Source: an uncultured Pseudomonadales bacterium (GTDB taxonomy: Bacteria > Patescibacteriota > Microgenomatia > UBA1400 > PJMF01). Taken from it: 64,000 nt of DNA. The notes below the pieces were generated by a model. The model saw only the letters and a list, made by a program, of their open reading frames with translations, did not search any database and was not told the DNA's origin. Within the stretch, counting starts at the first letter, position 1, and the number at the start of each line of letters is the position of its first letter. Below are positions 8,805 to 18,908 of the stretch, piece by piece. The translations under genes were made by a program, and so were the position numbers. The stretch covers positions 5,148-69,147 of the forward strand of contig CAZYBC010000004.1 in assembly GCA_964645645.1 (NCBI GenBank), given 5' to 3'.

Positions 8805-11504
8805 ATGAGAATAATGCAGGTTTTGAAAAAAATCTCTATTCCTTTGTGGAAGAAACTAATCATTAGATTTTTGTTATTAGTGGTTCTAACTGGCAACCTT
8901 TATTACTTATCATGGAGATTTAACACTTTATTCTGGACTAATAGAACTTTATCTGGCCTTTTGTTACTGACTGAATTAGTTTTTTTTGCTAATTTTTTAA
9001 TTCATTTTCCAGTTTTATGGCTTAAAAAACCAAAAAATATTTTAACCCAGATACCTAAATTTACTAAAAAATTAGCCATTTTGATTCCTACTTACAATGA
9101 ACCATTAAACATTCTTAGCCAGACCATCGAACAAAGTTTAGCTATAGCAATTCCTCAAAATTTAAAAGTTAAGATTGTGGTATTAGATGACGGCAACCGG
9201 GACTGGCTAAAAAAATATGTTAAGGAGTTAGCCAAAACAACTTCGGTCACTTTGGAATACTTAACTAGAACCGAAAGGTTTGGTTATAAAGCTGGCAACA
9301 TTAACAACTACCTTAAAAGTGTTTGCCAAGAAGATTTTATTTTAGTTTTAGATGCTGATTTTGTTCCTTTCAAAAATATTTTGGAAGAATTTTATCCTTA
9401 CTTAGGTATTGAAAAATTAGGTTTTGTTCAAGCTCCGCAATTTTTTAATAATATTGCTAAAGGTGATCCGTTTGGACAGGATCCTGCTATCTGGTTTTCA
9501 CTTTTACAGGTTGGCAGATATGGTCAAAATGCCTTAATTTGTTGTGGCTCTCCAACTTTATGGTCAGTGCCAGCTCTTCAATCTATTGGCTATATGCAAT
9601 ATAGCGTCACCGAAGACTTTTTAACTGGAGCAATGATTCAATCAAAAGGATGGCAAGCTATTTATTTGCAAAAAGATGTTGCTGAGGGTAAAGCGAGTGA
9701 AGATATTATTGATGTCAAGAAAAAAACTTTACGTTATTCTTCCGGGGCTTTTGAATTTTTTTCTTTTGCCAAAAAGTTATTAGCCAATGGCCATTTGTCT
9801 TTAAGACAACGTTTTTTACATTTTACCTATCCTTTAGCTTTTGTTGCACCTTTACTAACCCCAATTTTAATTGCCATTCCGATTTTATCCATCTTAACAG
9901 GCATTAGCCCTTTTGTTATTGACCAAAGTAGTTACCCTCATTTATTAAGCCAAATTATTGCTTTAATTAGTTTTCAAATTATTTTCTTTTTAGCCGTAGG
10001 TAAAAAAGCTTGGAAATCTTGGCAATTTTATTTAGGAATGTTCCCAGTTTATACAAAAGCGCTGTTACAAACTATCTTTGGTAAAACTGTGTTTCAAGTT
10101 AGTAAAAAAGGCGTCCAAAGTGCCGCGGCTTATGCTCAATTAAAAGCAGTTCGATTACAAATTTTTATTTTATTACTAAGCTGGGTTACCTTTTTTAAAG
10201 GTTTATTACTTTTTAGAGAAAATATTATTAGTATTTCTTTATATCCAGCTCTTTTCTGGTTGTTACTCAATAATTTTCTATTATTTGGCGTAATAAAAGC
10301 TCCTTTGTATTTAAGTTGGCAACAACTATTAACTCAAATTAAAGAACTAGGTAAAAATAAATTAAACTTTTTATTCAATAAAAAATTTGCGTTGATGGCT
10401 TTTATTTTTTTGATTATTGCTGGAGCAGGCAGTATGTGGTTTAGACAACGCTCAGTGCCTAATATAGAAGTTAAAGTACAACAAACAAATCTTAATAAAA
10501 TGAAAAATAACTTAGATTTATTAACAACTAAGTTATCACTTAATGACGACAGACGCTTCCAAACTTTACTATTTTTTACTGATTGGGGTGATAATAAGCG
10601 TGAAGTTGGCCAGGCTAATTTTTATCTTAAAGTTGAACCATCATTAAACTTAGCTTATGAAAATCAACTTGTGCCAATTATTACTTGGGAACCAGTAAAA
10701 AAGAATCTTTTAGGAGAATTTGCCGAAGACATCACTTTAAAAAGTATTAGAGAAGGGCAAAGCGACCAATATTTAATTGGCTGGCGAAATGGTTTGCAAG
10801 AATGGATGGATAAACATCCCGGATACGAAGTGAGAATTAGATTAATGCACGAAATGAACGCTCCAATTGACCGCTACCACTGGAGCCATGTTTCTCCAGC
10901 TGAATATCGAGCCAGTTATGAATATGTTTATAATTTAATTAGCCAAGTTAATGGTAATTTAAAGTGGATGGCAGTTTTCCAAAACTTCACGGCTGATGCT
11001 GGATGGACACAAAAACGAGCTAAAGATTATGACCGTTATATTCCTAATATTCCGGTTGATTATATTGGAATAGATGGTTACAGCAGACCTTTCTTAGCTG
11101 GTAAAGATGGGCCACCTGGAGGAGAAGTTACTCCAGCTCAAGTGTTACCCAGAGCCTTCTTTAAAGCCATGCGAGAAGCTTATCCCCAAGCAAAACTAGT
11201 TATCAGTGAAACAGCTGTCCCATATATGCCTAAAACTGATGAAGCCTTACCTTATCCAGCTGGAGAACTATCTTATCAAATGACAGATCTTGAGCGAGCC
11301 GCGTGGATTAATGACTTTAAAGATTATTTATTAGAGATCGACCAAGATTTTGGACTAGAAGAGATGACCTGGTTTAATGGTAATACTGATTATCATTGGT
11401 CAATTTTTGCCGAACAAGACCAATTAACAATCGCTGCCTTTAAGCAATTAATGTTAGAGTTAAATAAGGCTAAAATTAAAATTGGAATATATCCTGGTGA
11501 ATAA
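8805..11504 (+). CDS. Cellulose-synthase-like GT2 processive glycosyltransferase fused to C-terminal GH26-like domain
   Basis: IPTYNE, LDDG, KAGN, LDADF, QAPQ, VTED, multiple TMs; C-terminal ITWEP, RLMHEMN, GIDGY, ISET. Confidence 0.85.
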   Translation: MRIMQVLKKISIPLWKKLIIRFLLLVVLTGNLYYLSWRFNTLFWTNRTLSGLLLLTELVFFANFLIHFPVLWLKKPKNILTQIPKFTKKLAILIPTYNEPLNILSQTIEQSLAIAIPQNLKVKIVVLDDGNRDWLKKYVKELAKTTSVTLEYLTRTERFGYKAGNINNYLKSVCQEDFILVLDADFVPFKNILEEFYPYLGIEKLGFVQAPQFFNNIAKGDPFGQDPAIWFSLLQVGRYGQNALICCGSPTLWSVPALQSIGYMQYSVTEDFLTGAMIQSKGWQAIYLQKDVAEGKASEDIIDVKKKTLRYSSGAFEFFSFAKKLLANGHLSLRQRFLHFTYPLAFVAPLLTPILIAIPILSILTGISPFVIDQSSYPHLLSQIIALISFQIIFFLAVGKKAWKSWQFYLGMFPVYTKALLQTIFGKTVFQVSKKGVQSAAAYAQLKAVRLQIFILLLSWVTFFKGLLLFRENIISISLYPALFWLLLNNFLLFGVIKAPLYLSWQQLLTQIKELGKNKLNFLFNKKFALMAFIFLIIAGAGSMWFRQRSVPNIEVKVQQTNLNKMKNNLDLLTTKLSLNDDRRFQTLLFFTDWGDNKREVGQANFYLKVEPSLNLAYENQLVPIITWEPVKKNLLGEFAEDITLKSIREGQSDQYLIGWRNGLQEWMDKHPGYEVRIRLMHEMNAPIDRYHWSHVSPAEYRASYEYVYNLISQVNGNLKWMAVFQNFTADAGWTQKRAKDYDRYIPNIPVDYIGIDGYSRPFLAGKDGPPGGEVTPAQVLPRAFFKAMREAYPQAKLVISETAVPYMPKTDEALPYPAGELSYQMTDLERAAWINDFKDYLLEIDQDFGLEEMTWFNGNTDYHWSIFAEQDQLTIAAFKQLMLELNKAKIKIGIYPGE

Positions 11505-11570
11505 TGATAAATTGCTAGGGGATGTAGTATAATTACATTATTAAACTAATATCATTTTAATAACTCATTT

Positions 11571-12674
11571 GTGAAAAAAATCAAAAATTTACCACTACTA
11601 TTAATTATCACCTTCATCGCTCTAGCTTCTTTGCTTTTGGTTTATTACTTACCTCGTAGTCAAGATACTCGATCTAAAGGTTATACTGAAGAAACATCTG
11701 TCAGCCCACAAACAGTTCTTGAGCCAACTACCACAACTGTAGAAAAAACCAGAGAACCTCTGTACTTAGGCTTTATCGTTAAAACCATTAGTGATCAAGA
11801 CATTAATGATGTTAATCAGCTTAGCAATAATCAAGTCTCCTTAATTGGTTCATATATCCAATGGGGCAATACCGGTAACTCCAAATTTACTCCAGAATTT
11901 TTTCAAGTCTTTAAACGCAGACAGATAACTCCGCTAATTACCTGGGAGCCATGGGATCCCAGCGCTGGTGTTAATCAAAAAAACTATACTTTAAGAAGCA
12001 TCATTAATGGAGATCATGATGAATATATTAGACAATCAGCTCAAGCAATCAAACGCGCAGAAATGCCTGTCTTTTTACGTTTTGCCCATGAAATGAATGG
12101 CAACTGGTACCCATGGAGTGGCACTACAAATGGCAACACAGCTCAAGAATATAAAGCTGCTTGGCAACATGTCGTGGAACTTTTTCGTTCTGAAGAAGTC
12201 ACCAATGTTACCTGGGTCTGGAGTCCTAATTCTGCCAGCTATCCCAACGACCCACTCAATGATTTAGCAGCATATTATCCAGGTGATGATTATGTTGACT
12301 GGGTAGCTTTAGATGGCTTTAATTGGGGCACCAAACAGGCAAGCAGTGGCTGGCAAAGTTTTGACAGCATCTTTCAAGAGTCTTATCTCAAATTAGTCAA
12401 TTTAACTAGCAAGCCAATCATGATTGCAGAAGTTGCTTCTACTGAATTAGGTGGAAATAAAGCTACTTGGATTAAAGAAACTTTAGAACAAAGCTTAAAA
12501 GATAATTATGCTCAAATTAGAGCCGTGGTATTTTTTAACCTAAACAAAGAAACTGATTGGAGAATTGAATCTTCTCCCACCAGCGTCACTCAATTTATTG
12601 AATCACTCAATAGTTTGCCATTTGTTACTAATTTAAATTTACTAAATGGTAAAATTTTAGAACCATCACTTTAA
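11571..12674 (+). CDS. Membrane-anchored glycoside hydrolase family 26
   Basis: ITWEPW, RFAHEMNGNWYPW, WVWSPN, YYPGDDYVDWVALDGFN, MIAE. Confidence 0.9.
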   Translation: MKKIKNLPLLLIITFIALASLLLVYYLPRSQDTRSKGYTEETSVSPQTVLEPTTTTVEKTREPLYLGFIVKTISDQDINDVNQLSNNQVSLIGSYIQWGNTGNSKFTPEFFQVFKRRQITPLITWEPWDPSAGVNQKNYTLRSIINGDHDEYIRQSAQAIKRAEMPVFLRFAHEMNGNWYPWSGTTNGNTAQEYKAAWQHVVELFRSEEVTNVTWVWSPNSASYPNDPLNDLAAYYPGDDYVDWVALDGFNWGTKQASSGWQSFDSIFQESYLKLVNLTSKPIMIAEVASTELGGNKATWIKETLEQSLKDNYAQIRAVVFFNLNKETDWRIESSPTSVTQFIESLNSLPFVTNLNLLNGKILEPSL

Positions 12675-12709
12675 ACCTGATTTTTTTAAAAGTTAGGTTA
12701 TAAAAAAGC

Positions 12710-13948
12710 GTGCCAACTAAGAAAAAAACAAAAACTGCCCATTCTGTTTTGCTTAAAGTTTTAGGCTTTTTATTTTTGTTTTCTTTATTCACCCTAAGTT
12801 TTTTTACTGTTGTTTCAATCAATTCCACCAAAAAAAATTATTTATCAAAACATAACGACCTGTTATTAAGTTATCTAAAAAATCCACCTGATAATATTCT
12901 TTTACAAGGTATTACTGGTTCAGCTAGCCTCAATACTTATTACCAGCTTGATTTAACAACTGACAGCAATTTGGCTTATCAACAACTAAAAAATCCACAA
13001 TTAAAGCAAGAACCACCCCAACTAAAACCGCTTACTCCTCCTACTGATTTTTCAGACCGATCAACTTCTGAATTAGGCTTTAAACTTTTACAAGAGTTAC
13101 AAAAATTTGTTAACAACACTCCTTTTTTAAATCAAAATGATGAGCTACGTGATTTTGTTGCCCTCAATAAAAATCAACTCCCTAAAGTGGCAATTATTGG
13201 CCGGTTTCAAAATTGGGCTGATCCGCGCACTAACCGTTTTGACCAATACTTTGTTAATAGTGTTAAAAAAATGGGTGCTATTCCATATATTACTTGGGAA
13301 CCTTGGGCTGAAAAAGAACAAGCCGATCCCAGCAATCAACCAGATTTCCGTTTAGCAAACATTGTTGAAGGTAAATTTGATAAATACATTAAAGAATATG
13401 CCAAAGAAGCAGCTAAGTTTAACTATCCACTTTTTATCCGTTTTGCTCATGAAATGAATGGTCATTGGTATCCTTGGGGAGGGAAAGTTAATCAAAATAC
13501 TCCAGAAGATTACGTGGCTGCTTGGAGACATATTCATCAAATTTTTAAACAAGAAGGTGCTCATAATGTCATCTGGGTTTGGTCGCCTAATGAACCTTAT
13601 GGTGGGGCTTCTAACCAGAATTCAGACTTATTTAATCTTTATTATCCAGGTGATGATTATGTTGATTGGGTGGGTTTTTCTGCCTACAATTGGGGCAATT
13701 ATCGAGAATATGATACTCCACGCACTTTTAAAGAAATCACTGATGCTTCATACCAACTTTTATCACAGTACAACAAACCTCTCATGATCTCAGAAATTAA
13801 TAGTGCTAACATTAATGTGGATAAATTAGCTTGGATAAAAGAAATGAAAAAAACTATTTTGGATTATCCAAAAATAAAAGCAATTGTTTGGTATGAGAGT
13901 GAACAACAAATGCCTTTTAAAATTGAAGAACAACTTTTTTTTCAATAA
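12710..13948 (+). CDS. Membrane-anchored glycoside hydrolase family 26
   Basis: ITWEPW, RFAHEMNGHWYPW, YYPGDDYVDWVG, MISE. Confidence 0.9.
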   Translation: MPTKKKTKTAHSVLLKVLGFLFLFSLFTLSFFTVVSINSTKKNYLSKHNDLLLSYLKNPPDNILLQGITGSASLNTYYQLDLTTDSNLAYQQLKNPQLKQEPPQLKPLTPPTDFSDRSTSELGFKLLQELQKFVNNTPFLNQNDELRDFVALNKNQLPKVAIIGRFQNWADPRTNRFDQYFVNSVKKMGAIPYITWEPWAEKEQADPSNQPDFRLANIVEGKFDKYIKEYAKEAAKFNYPLFIRFAHEMNGHWYPWGGKVNQNTPEDYVAAWRHIHQIFKQEGAHNVIWVWSPNEPYGGASNQNSDLFNLYYPGDDYVDWVGFSAYNWGNYREYDTPRTFKEITDASYQLLSQYNKPLMISEINSANINVDKLAWIKEMKKTILDYPKIKAIVWYESEQQMPFKIEEQLFFQ

Positions 13949-13951
13949 CTT

Positions 13952-15415
13952 ATGAAAAATTTTATAGTAACTAAACTAGCTAAAAAAAAAGAATTAATCT
14001 TTATTTTTTTGCTAACAATTTTAGGCGCTTTACTAAGATTTAATAATTTAGCTAGTAAAGAATTTTGGGAAGACGAAGCTTTTACTGGTATAATTGTCAA
14101 AGAAAATTGGGCTGAAGCTTGGAATTTAACTCTCAATGACACTCATCCACCGTTATATAACATGTTACTAAAAGCATGGGGAGAACTATTTGGTTATACT
14201 GATTTTGCTTTAAGAAGTTTGTCTGTGGTTTTAGGTACTCTGACTATCCCATTAGTTTTTTATTTGGTTAAAAAGCTCCAAAATTTATCTCGCTTAACTC
14301 CTTATTTTGCAGCAATTATCGTTACGGCTAACCCATTTTTAGTTTATTACTCTCAGGAAAGCCGCTCTTATGCCTTATTAGGGTTAGTGACAGTCTTAAC
14401 AACCCTAGCTCTTTACCAAGCCTTAACTCAACCAAAGTTACAATTAAGTAAAAATTGGTTAGCTCTCAGTTTTTTATTAACCTTAGGTATTTTTACTCAT
14501 TATATTTTTTTCTTTACTGTCTTAGGAGTGGGTTTAACTATTTGTAGTTATTGGCTAGCAAATCATCAACTACAATTAAAAAATCTCAAACATTTAGCAC
14601 TCATTACTATTGAAACAAGCTTTTTACCTCTCTTAAGTTTTGCGCTGTGGTGGCCATTATTTAAAACCCAAACCAACGTAGCCAAAGATACCACTGCCTG
14701 GATTCAGCCTGTTAATTTTAGCTATCTAATCAGAGATGCTTATATTGCTTTTTTTGGCTTTAACCAACATTGGGCCAGAATTCTGCCCATCACTGAACCT
14801 TTTGCCATTATTATTTTGTTATTGATTTTCAGCTTGATTATTTATACCCTTATCAAAACTAAAAATAGATTGGCGCTTCTATTTAGTTTTGTCATGAGTA
14901 TCGTCCCAATTTTAGCTATCATCATTGTCTCACTTTATTTTGGCAAACATCTTTTTTTGGAAAGATATTTAATTGGCTTTAATATTTTCTTGCTCATTTT
15001 TATCATTACAATTATTGCCGAAACAGAAAAAAAATTACTGATTTATCCGCTCGTTGGTTTTTATTTATTAATTGCTTGTAACTCTTTATTCAACCCTCAA
15101 GCTGGAGCTGATAAAGCTCAACAAAACTTAGGTTATAGAGAACTAAATAATTACATTAAAAACAGCAATAAAACTTTTGTCTTTGCCGACCCATTTGAAT
15201 TCACCATTGCTAAATATTATTTAGATAAAGAATTTTGGCCTAAAATCAAAGTTTTTGATTACCGCCAAGGATTATGGTATGGCACTTGGTTACTAATAGA
15301 TGACGTAGACTGCGTCAACCCTTGGACTATGAACAATTACCTGGTGGTTAACTATGATCCGTTTAATAGGGGAGAAGCAATCAGGATTAAGGAATTTAAG
15401 CTTTATGAACAGTAA
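13952..15415 (+). CDS. GT-C fold integral membrane glycosyltransferase (PMT/ArnT-like, GT39/83)
   Basis: WEDEA, DTHPPLY, RSLS, YSQESRSYAL motifs; many TMs. Confidence 0.8.
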   Translation: MKNFIVTKLAKKKELIFIFLLTILGALLRFNNLASKEFWEDEAFTGIIVKENWAEAWNLTLNDTHPPLYNMLLKAWGELFGYTDFALRSLSVVLGTLTIPLVFYLVKKLQNLSRLTPYFAAIIVTANPFLVYYSQESRSYALLGLVTVLTTLALYQALTQPKLQLSKNWLALSFLLTLGIFTHYIFFFTVLGVGLTICSYWLANHQLQLKNLKHLALITIETSFLPLLSFALWWPLFKTQTNVAKDTTAWIQPVNFSYLIRDAYIAFFGFNQHWARILPITEPFAIIILLLIFSLIIYTLIKTKNRLALLFSFVMSIVPILAIIIVSLYFGKHLFLERYLIGFNIFLLIFIITIIAETEKKLLIYPLVGFYLLIACNSLFNPQAGADKAQQNLGYRELNNYIKNSNKTFVFADPFEFTIAKYYLDKEFWPKIKVFDYRQGLWYGTWLLIDDVDCVNPWTMNNYLVVNYDPFNRGEAIRIKEFKLYEQ

Positions 15416-15417
15416 TA

Positions 15418-16098
15418 TTATAAACCTTCATTAATTAAGCTAATCTTTTTATTTTGTATATGAACGCATTGCCCATAGTTAAAGCGAGTAAACCCAGGGT
15501 TTATCATAAGCGGCTCTGTTGAATGTTCTTGAAAATGAGAATGGCCGCAAATTAAATTAAGATTATTTTTTTGAATATATTTTTTAAACTTTTTATTAAC
15601 TTGCGAATAATGTTGCATCAAAAGCTGATGTACAAATTTATTTCCTAAATATTCTCTCGTTGAAGCAAGAGCTCCACCCAATCTAAAATTAGGAAAATTA
15701 AAACGTTCATCGTAGGCCGGTGAAATAGTATTGCCATGGAGAATTAAATATTTTATGCCATCAATGCTAATTTCTAAAGATTCATGTGATTCCTGACAAA
15801 AAATAGCTGGAGTATCTTGCCCTGTGATATATTTTTTATGATCATGATTTCCATAAAAATAGAGTGTGGCTTTTTTTTGCAGCAGGGGAAATAGTCTGTC
15901 TCGCCAGGGAGAAGTTATAAAATCATTCCAGCTTGTAAGCCAAGCATCCCAAAAATCTCCTAACAGCATTACGACATCCGCTTTTTCAATATTCTTTTTA
16001 AGAAATTGAAAAATTCTTTCATTAAATAAGGATGTCAGATGTGTATCTGAAAAAATTACAATTTTTTGATGGTTGGTGTTTATTTCCATGAAGATCAA
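15418..16098 (-). CDS. Calcineurin-like metallophosphoesterase (LpxH-like)
   Basis: SDTH, LGDFWD, GNHD, LHG, GHSH motifs. Confidence 0.85.
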   Translation of the reverse strand: MIFMEINTNHQKIVIFSDTHLTSLFNERIFQFLKKNIEKADVVMLLGDFWDAWLTSWNDFITSPWRDRLFPLLQKKATLYFYGNHDHKKYITGQDTPAIFCQESHESLEISIDGIKYLILHGNTISPAYDERFNFPNFRLGGALASTREYLGNKFVHQLLMQHYSQVNKKFKKYIQKNNLNLICGHSHFQEHSTEPLMINPGFTRFNYGQCVHIQNKKISLINEGL

Positions 16099-16662
16099 TT
16101 ACTTTCTCAGCTTCAAAATATAATTTTTCTGTAAAGCTAATTCATCTAACATTGAATGAAGTATTTTGGACTTCTCTTTAATTTCTAATCCTTTTGCAGC
16201 ATCTTGAGCTTTAATGAGTACTTCTTTTAATTCTTCAATTTCCAGAACCGTGGCGGCAATACAGTAATAGCTTTTAGAACGCCCCTCGTTAAACTCGGTT
16301 AACATTTTTTTTAGAATCAGCTCCCTGGCAATTTGGGTCTTCTCAAATTCATTTACCCCAATTTTTTTAATCAAAGCAATGTCATTTTCAAGTTTTTGAT
16401 AACACTTAAATGAATCAACCTTACAACCAAGTGCTCGATGTTTTGCCCATTCCTCACAGGTTTTATTTTCATCACACTCCCAGCAAAATTCGACCTTTTT
16501 TTTCTTAATGGCGCAAGTAATAAATGGGCAACCCACCGCCATTCTTGCTTTACTCTTACAACCTAAACATCGGCTATTTGCCACAGTATTAAAATTTGGA
16601 CAAAGCCGGCAAGAAAGTCCGCATATGCCAATTTCGGGATATTCTGTTTTCATAACTAACAT
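16099..16662 (-). CDS. DUF3795-like Cys-rich protein
   Basis: CGLSCRLC, CLGC, C..C, FCWECDE..C pattern. Confidence 0.7.
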   Translation of the reverse strand: MLVMKTEYPEIGICGLSCRLCPNFNTVANSRCLGCKSKARMAVGCPFITCAIKKKKVEFCWECDENKTCEEWAKHRALGCKVDSFKCYQKLENDIALIKKIGVNEFEKTQIARELILKKMLTEFNEGRSKSYYCIAATVLEIEELKEVLIKAQDAAKGLEIKEKSKILHSMLDELALQKNYILKLRK

Positions 16663-16667
16663 TTCTT

Positions 16668-17111
16668 TTACTCAATAATTTTAGTTCCACTCCAGCGAAA
16701 AGGTGAAAAATCAATTTTCAATAAATTTTGAAGAGGAAGAAACATTGGTTTTGGCAGCTCATTCCACTTAAACCAACGCCACTCCTCACATTTTGTTGGT
16801 TCCATAACTTCTGGCTCACCACTTTTACTAGATGCAATCACAAAAACAGTGATGTAATGTTTACCTTCTTTATAAAAAATATCATTAGTATATGGACCGT
16901 ATTGTAAATTTGTAATTTCCAAGCCGACTTCCTCTTTTGTCTCTCTCCTAGCACAATCAGCAATACTTTCATTTATTTCAAGATGACCGCCAGGAAAATT
17001 CCAAGTTCCTTCTCCATGTGAATTTTTGCGTTTACCAAGCAAAACTAAATCATCTCTTATGATAATAACTCCCAATCCTACTTTGGGTCGTCCCTTGAGT
17101 ATAATTGACAT
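16668..17111 (-). CDS. NUDIX hydrolase (NUDT15/MutT-like)
   Basis: Nudix box GGHLEINESIADCARRETKEEVG; EPTKCEEWRWF. Confidence 0.9.
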   Translation of the reverse strand: MSIILKGRPKVGLGVIIIRDDLVLLGKRKNSHGEGTWNFPGGHLEINESIADCARRETKEEVGLEITNLQYGPYTNDIFYKEGKHYITVFVIASSKSGEPEVMEPTKCEEWRWFKWNELPKPMFLPLQNLLKIDFSPFRWSGTKIIE

Positions 17112-17118
17112 AACTTAT

Positions 17119-17313
17119 TTAAATATATAATAAACTACTTCTATCTAGTTTAGTAGATTCGGCAACCTTACTCATGTCTTTAATTTTTGCTACATCACCT
17201 AATGCTTTCGCAATGAGTTTATTATCCCCAGTGGCAAAAGAAACATTGAGATATTCTTTAATATCTTTTTCTGTTTTTAGATAATCAGTGGAACTATATT
17301 TTGTTATTTTCAT
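17119..17313 (-). pseudogene. Truncated addiction-module antidote protein (HI1420-like)
   Basis: DYLKTE..I.EYL...ALGDVAK...MSKVA..T.L.R.SL; stops within the HTH. Confidence 0.6.
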
Positions 17314-17324
17314 AAATAGATCGC

Positions 17325-17957
17325 TTAATGAGTACTTAGACTTTCAGTAAGCGCCCTACCAATCAATTTTTCTAAAAGAGTTAAATCACCTTCATCACCA
17401 GCTTGCATGGCTTTAAGATATTCCTTCCTATCATCATCTGTTCCGACTTGTATTTCAATAGGTGGTAATTTTAATTTCAGTAAAATAAGCGATGTTAATA
17501 TCCGAGCAGTTCGACCATTGTAGTCTTGAAATGGATGAATAAAGACAAACCTATGTTGAAACCAAGCAAGGAAGCAAACGACCTTATCTATATATTCTGG
17601 ATCATTAGATTTAGGCAAACTATTAAGCTGCGCCTTTAAATCATCTAATAAATTTTTAACCAATTCTGGTATTTGAAAATATGCTGGTGCTTCTTTTCCA
17701 GAATAAGTAACTTGGATAGTTCTAAACTTGCCTGCCCAATCAGGGAAAATCCATTGAAAAGAAATCGCATGGAGTTTAAGAATCAATGAAGTAGTAATTT
17801 CTGTGTTTTTTCTAGACTTGATTAAATCATAAATAAACTCTAAGCCTTTTTTTGTGCCTTCTAACTCAAATTGAAGTAATTTTGTGCGAGGAATAATACC
17901 AAAAGCGGTTTCTTTGAAAGAAGTTGCACCTAGTGGTTTTGTGCTATCAATAGACAT
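17325..17957 (-). CDS. Fic-domain AMPylase toxin
   Basis: Fic motif HPFQDYNGRTAR. Confidence 0.9.
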   Translation of the reverse strand: MSIDSTKPLGATSFKETAFGIIPRTKLLQFELEGTKKGLEFIYDLIKSRKNTEITTSLILKLHAISFQWIFPDWAGKFRTIQVTYSGKEAPAYFQIPELVKNLLDDLKAQLNSLPKSNDPEYIDKVVCFLAWFQHRFVFIHPFQDYNGRTARILTSLILLKLKLPPIEIQVGTDDDRKEYLKAMQAGDEGDLTLLEKLIGRALTESLSTH

Positions 17958-17960
17958 TGT

Positions 17961-18134
17961 TTACTTAAATAACGCATTCACCATCTTGCGAGTAACTGGT
18001 TCACCCTCAAGTTTGGTGGTTCTGAAAATCATCTCAGGCATAGCAGCAAGAAACGCACTTAGTAATGACTTTTTAGTGGTTTTCTTTTTTTTATAGCTAG
18101 TATATGCCTTATGAAGGCGAGATTGCTTTTTCAT
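17961..18134 (-). CDS. FicA/VbhA-like antitoxin, 57 aa, absent from ORF track
   Basis: Manual translation MKKQSRLHKAY...MPEMIFRTTKLEGEPVTRKMVNALFK*; TTKLEG fits the inhibitory (S/T)xxxE(G/N) motif; ends 3 nt before Fic ATG; TATAAT upstream. Confidence 0.75.
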   Translation of the reverse strand: MKKQSRLHKAYTSYKKKKTTKKSLLSAFLAAMPEMIFRTTKLEGEPVTRKMVNALFK

Positions 18135-18374
18135 AGCTGAGAGTATTATAGCTCAAAAATCTTGAGGAATCTTTAGAATAAATATTGTGCCAGAATCGTG
18201 CCGCGTATCGTACCAATAAAAGTAAAATTAGTAATTATAATAGATTGGACATATGATGCCAGAAAAATTACTCTTGGAAAACCCTATTTATATGGCTATA
18301 GAAATCCAGAAAATAACATTTTTTGGTTATTTAATGAATGTATAACAGAAATGTTAAATATCGAAATATTAGAT

Positions 18375-18908
18375 AGTTGTGAAGCTCGCCGGGCTAAAGC
18401 CCGGAGCTTCACAGCGGATCTGTGTTTAGTTTGCTGATATACTTGCCTGTATGACAAGCAAGTATCAGGTAGGCTCTCATACTAAACATCGCCTTATTTA
18501 TCACTTCACTTTTATCCCTAAATACCGTAAAGAAATTATTAGAGGAAAGCTTAAAAAAAGACTGATTGAACTCTTTAACGAGTGCGCTTCTGTTAATAAT
18601 TGGTTAATCCTTCAATTGGAAATTCTTTCTGATCACGTCCATTTACTTATTCAACTTAATACTGATGATTCTCCTGCCAAAACTATGCAATTCCTTAAAG
18701 GTGGTTCTTCCATTGTGATCAGAAAAGAATTCCCTGATATCAAAGCTTTCCTCTGGGGTGACTCCTTCTGGGCCGATGGCTATTTTGTGGAAACTATCGG
18801 TATTAAAAATGAAAAAATTATCAGAGCCTACCTGGACTCTCAGCAAACTAAACACTCTAAGCCTCGCATTCACCACCGGGCTTGAAAGCCCGGCGTTCTC
18901 TGCTCAGG
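18375..18908 (+). mobile_element. IS200/IS605-family element (tnpA only); ends approximate
   Basis: Left hairpin TGTGAAGCT-CG-CCGGGCT-AA-AGCCCGG-AGCTTCACA 18378-18413; right hairpin CCGGGCTT-GA-AAGCCCGG 18876-18893. Confidence 0.85.
18451..18885 (+). CDS. tnpA: Y1 HUH transposase
   Basis: YHFTFIPKYR, DHVHLL, LKGGSS, FWADGYF, IRAY...Q. Confidence 0.95.
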   Translation: MTSKYQVGSHTKHRLIYHFTFIPKYRKEIIRGKLKKRLIELFNECASVNNWLILQLEILSDHVHLLIQLNTDDSPAKTMQFLKGGSSIVIRKEFPDIKAFLWGDSFWADGYFVETIGIKNEKIIRAYLDSQQTKHSKPRIHHRA

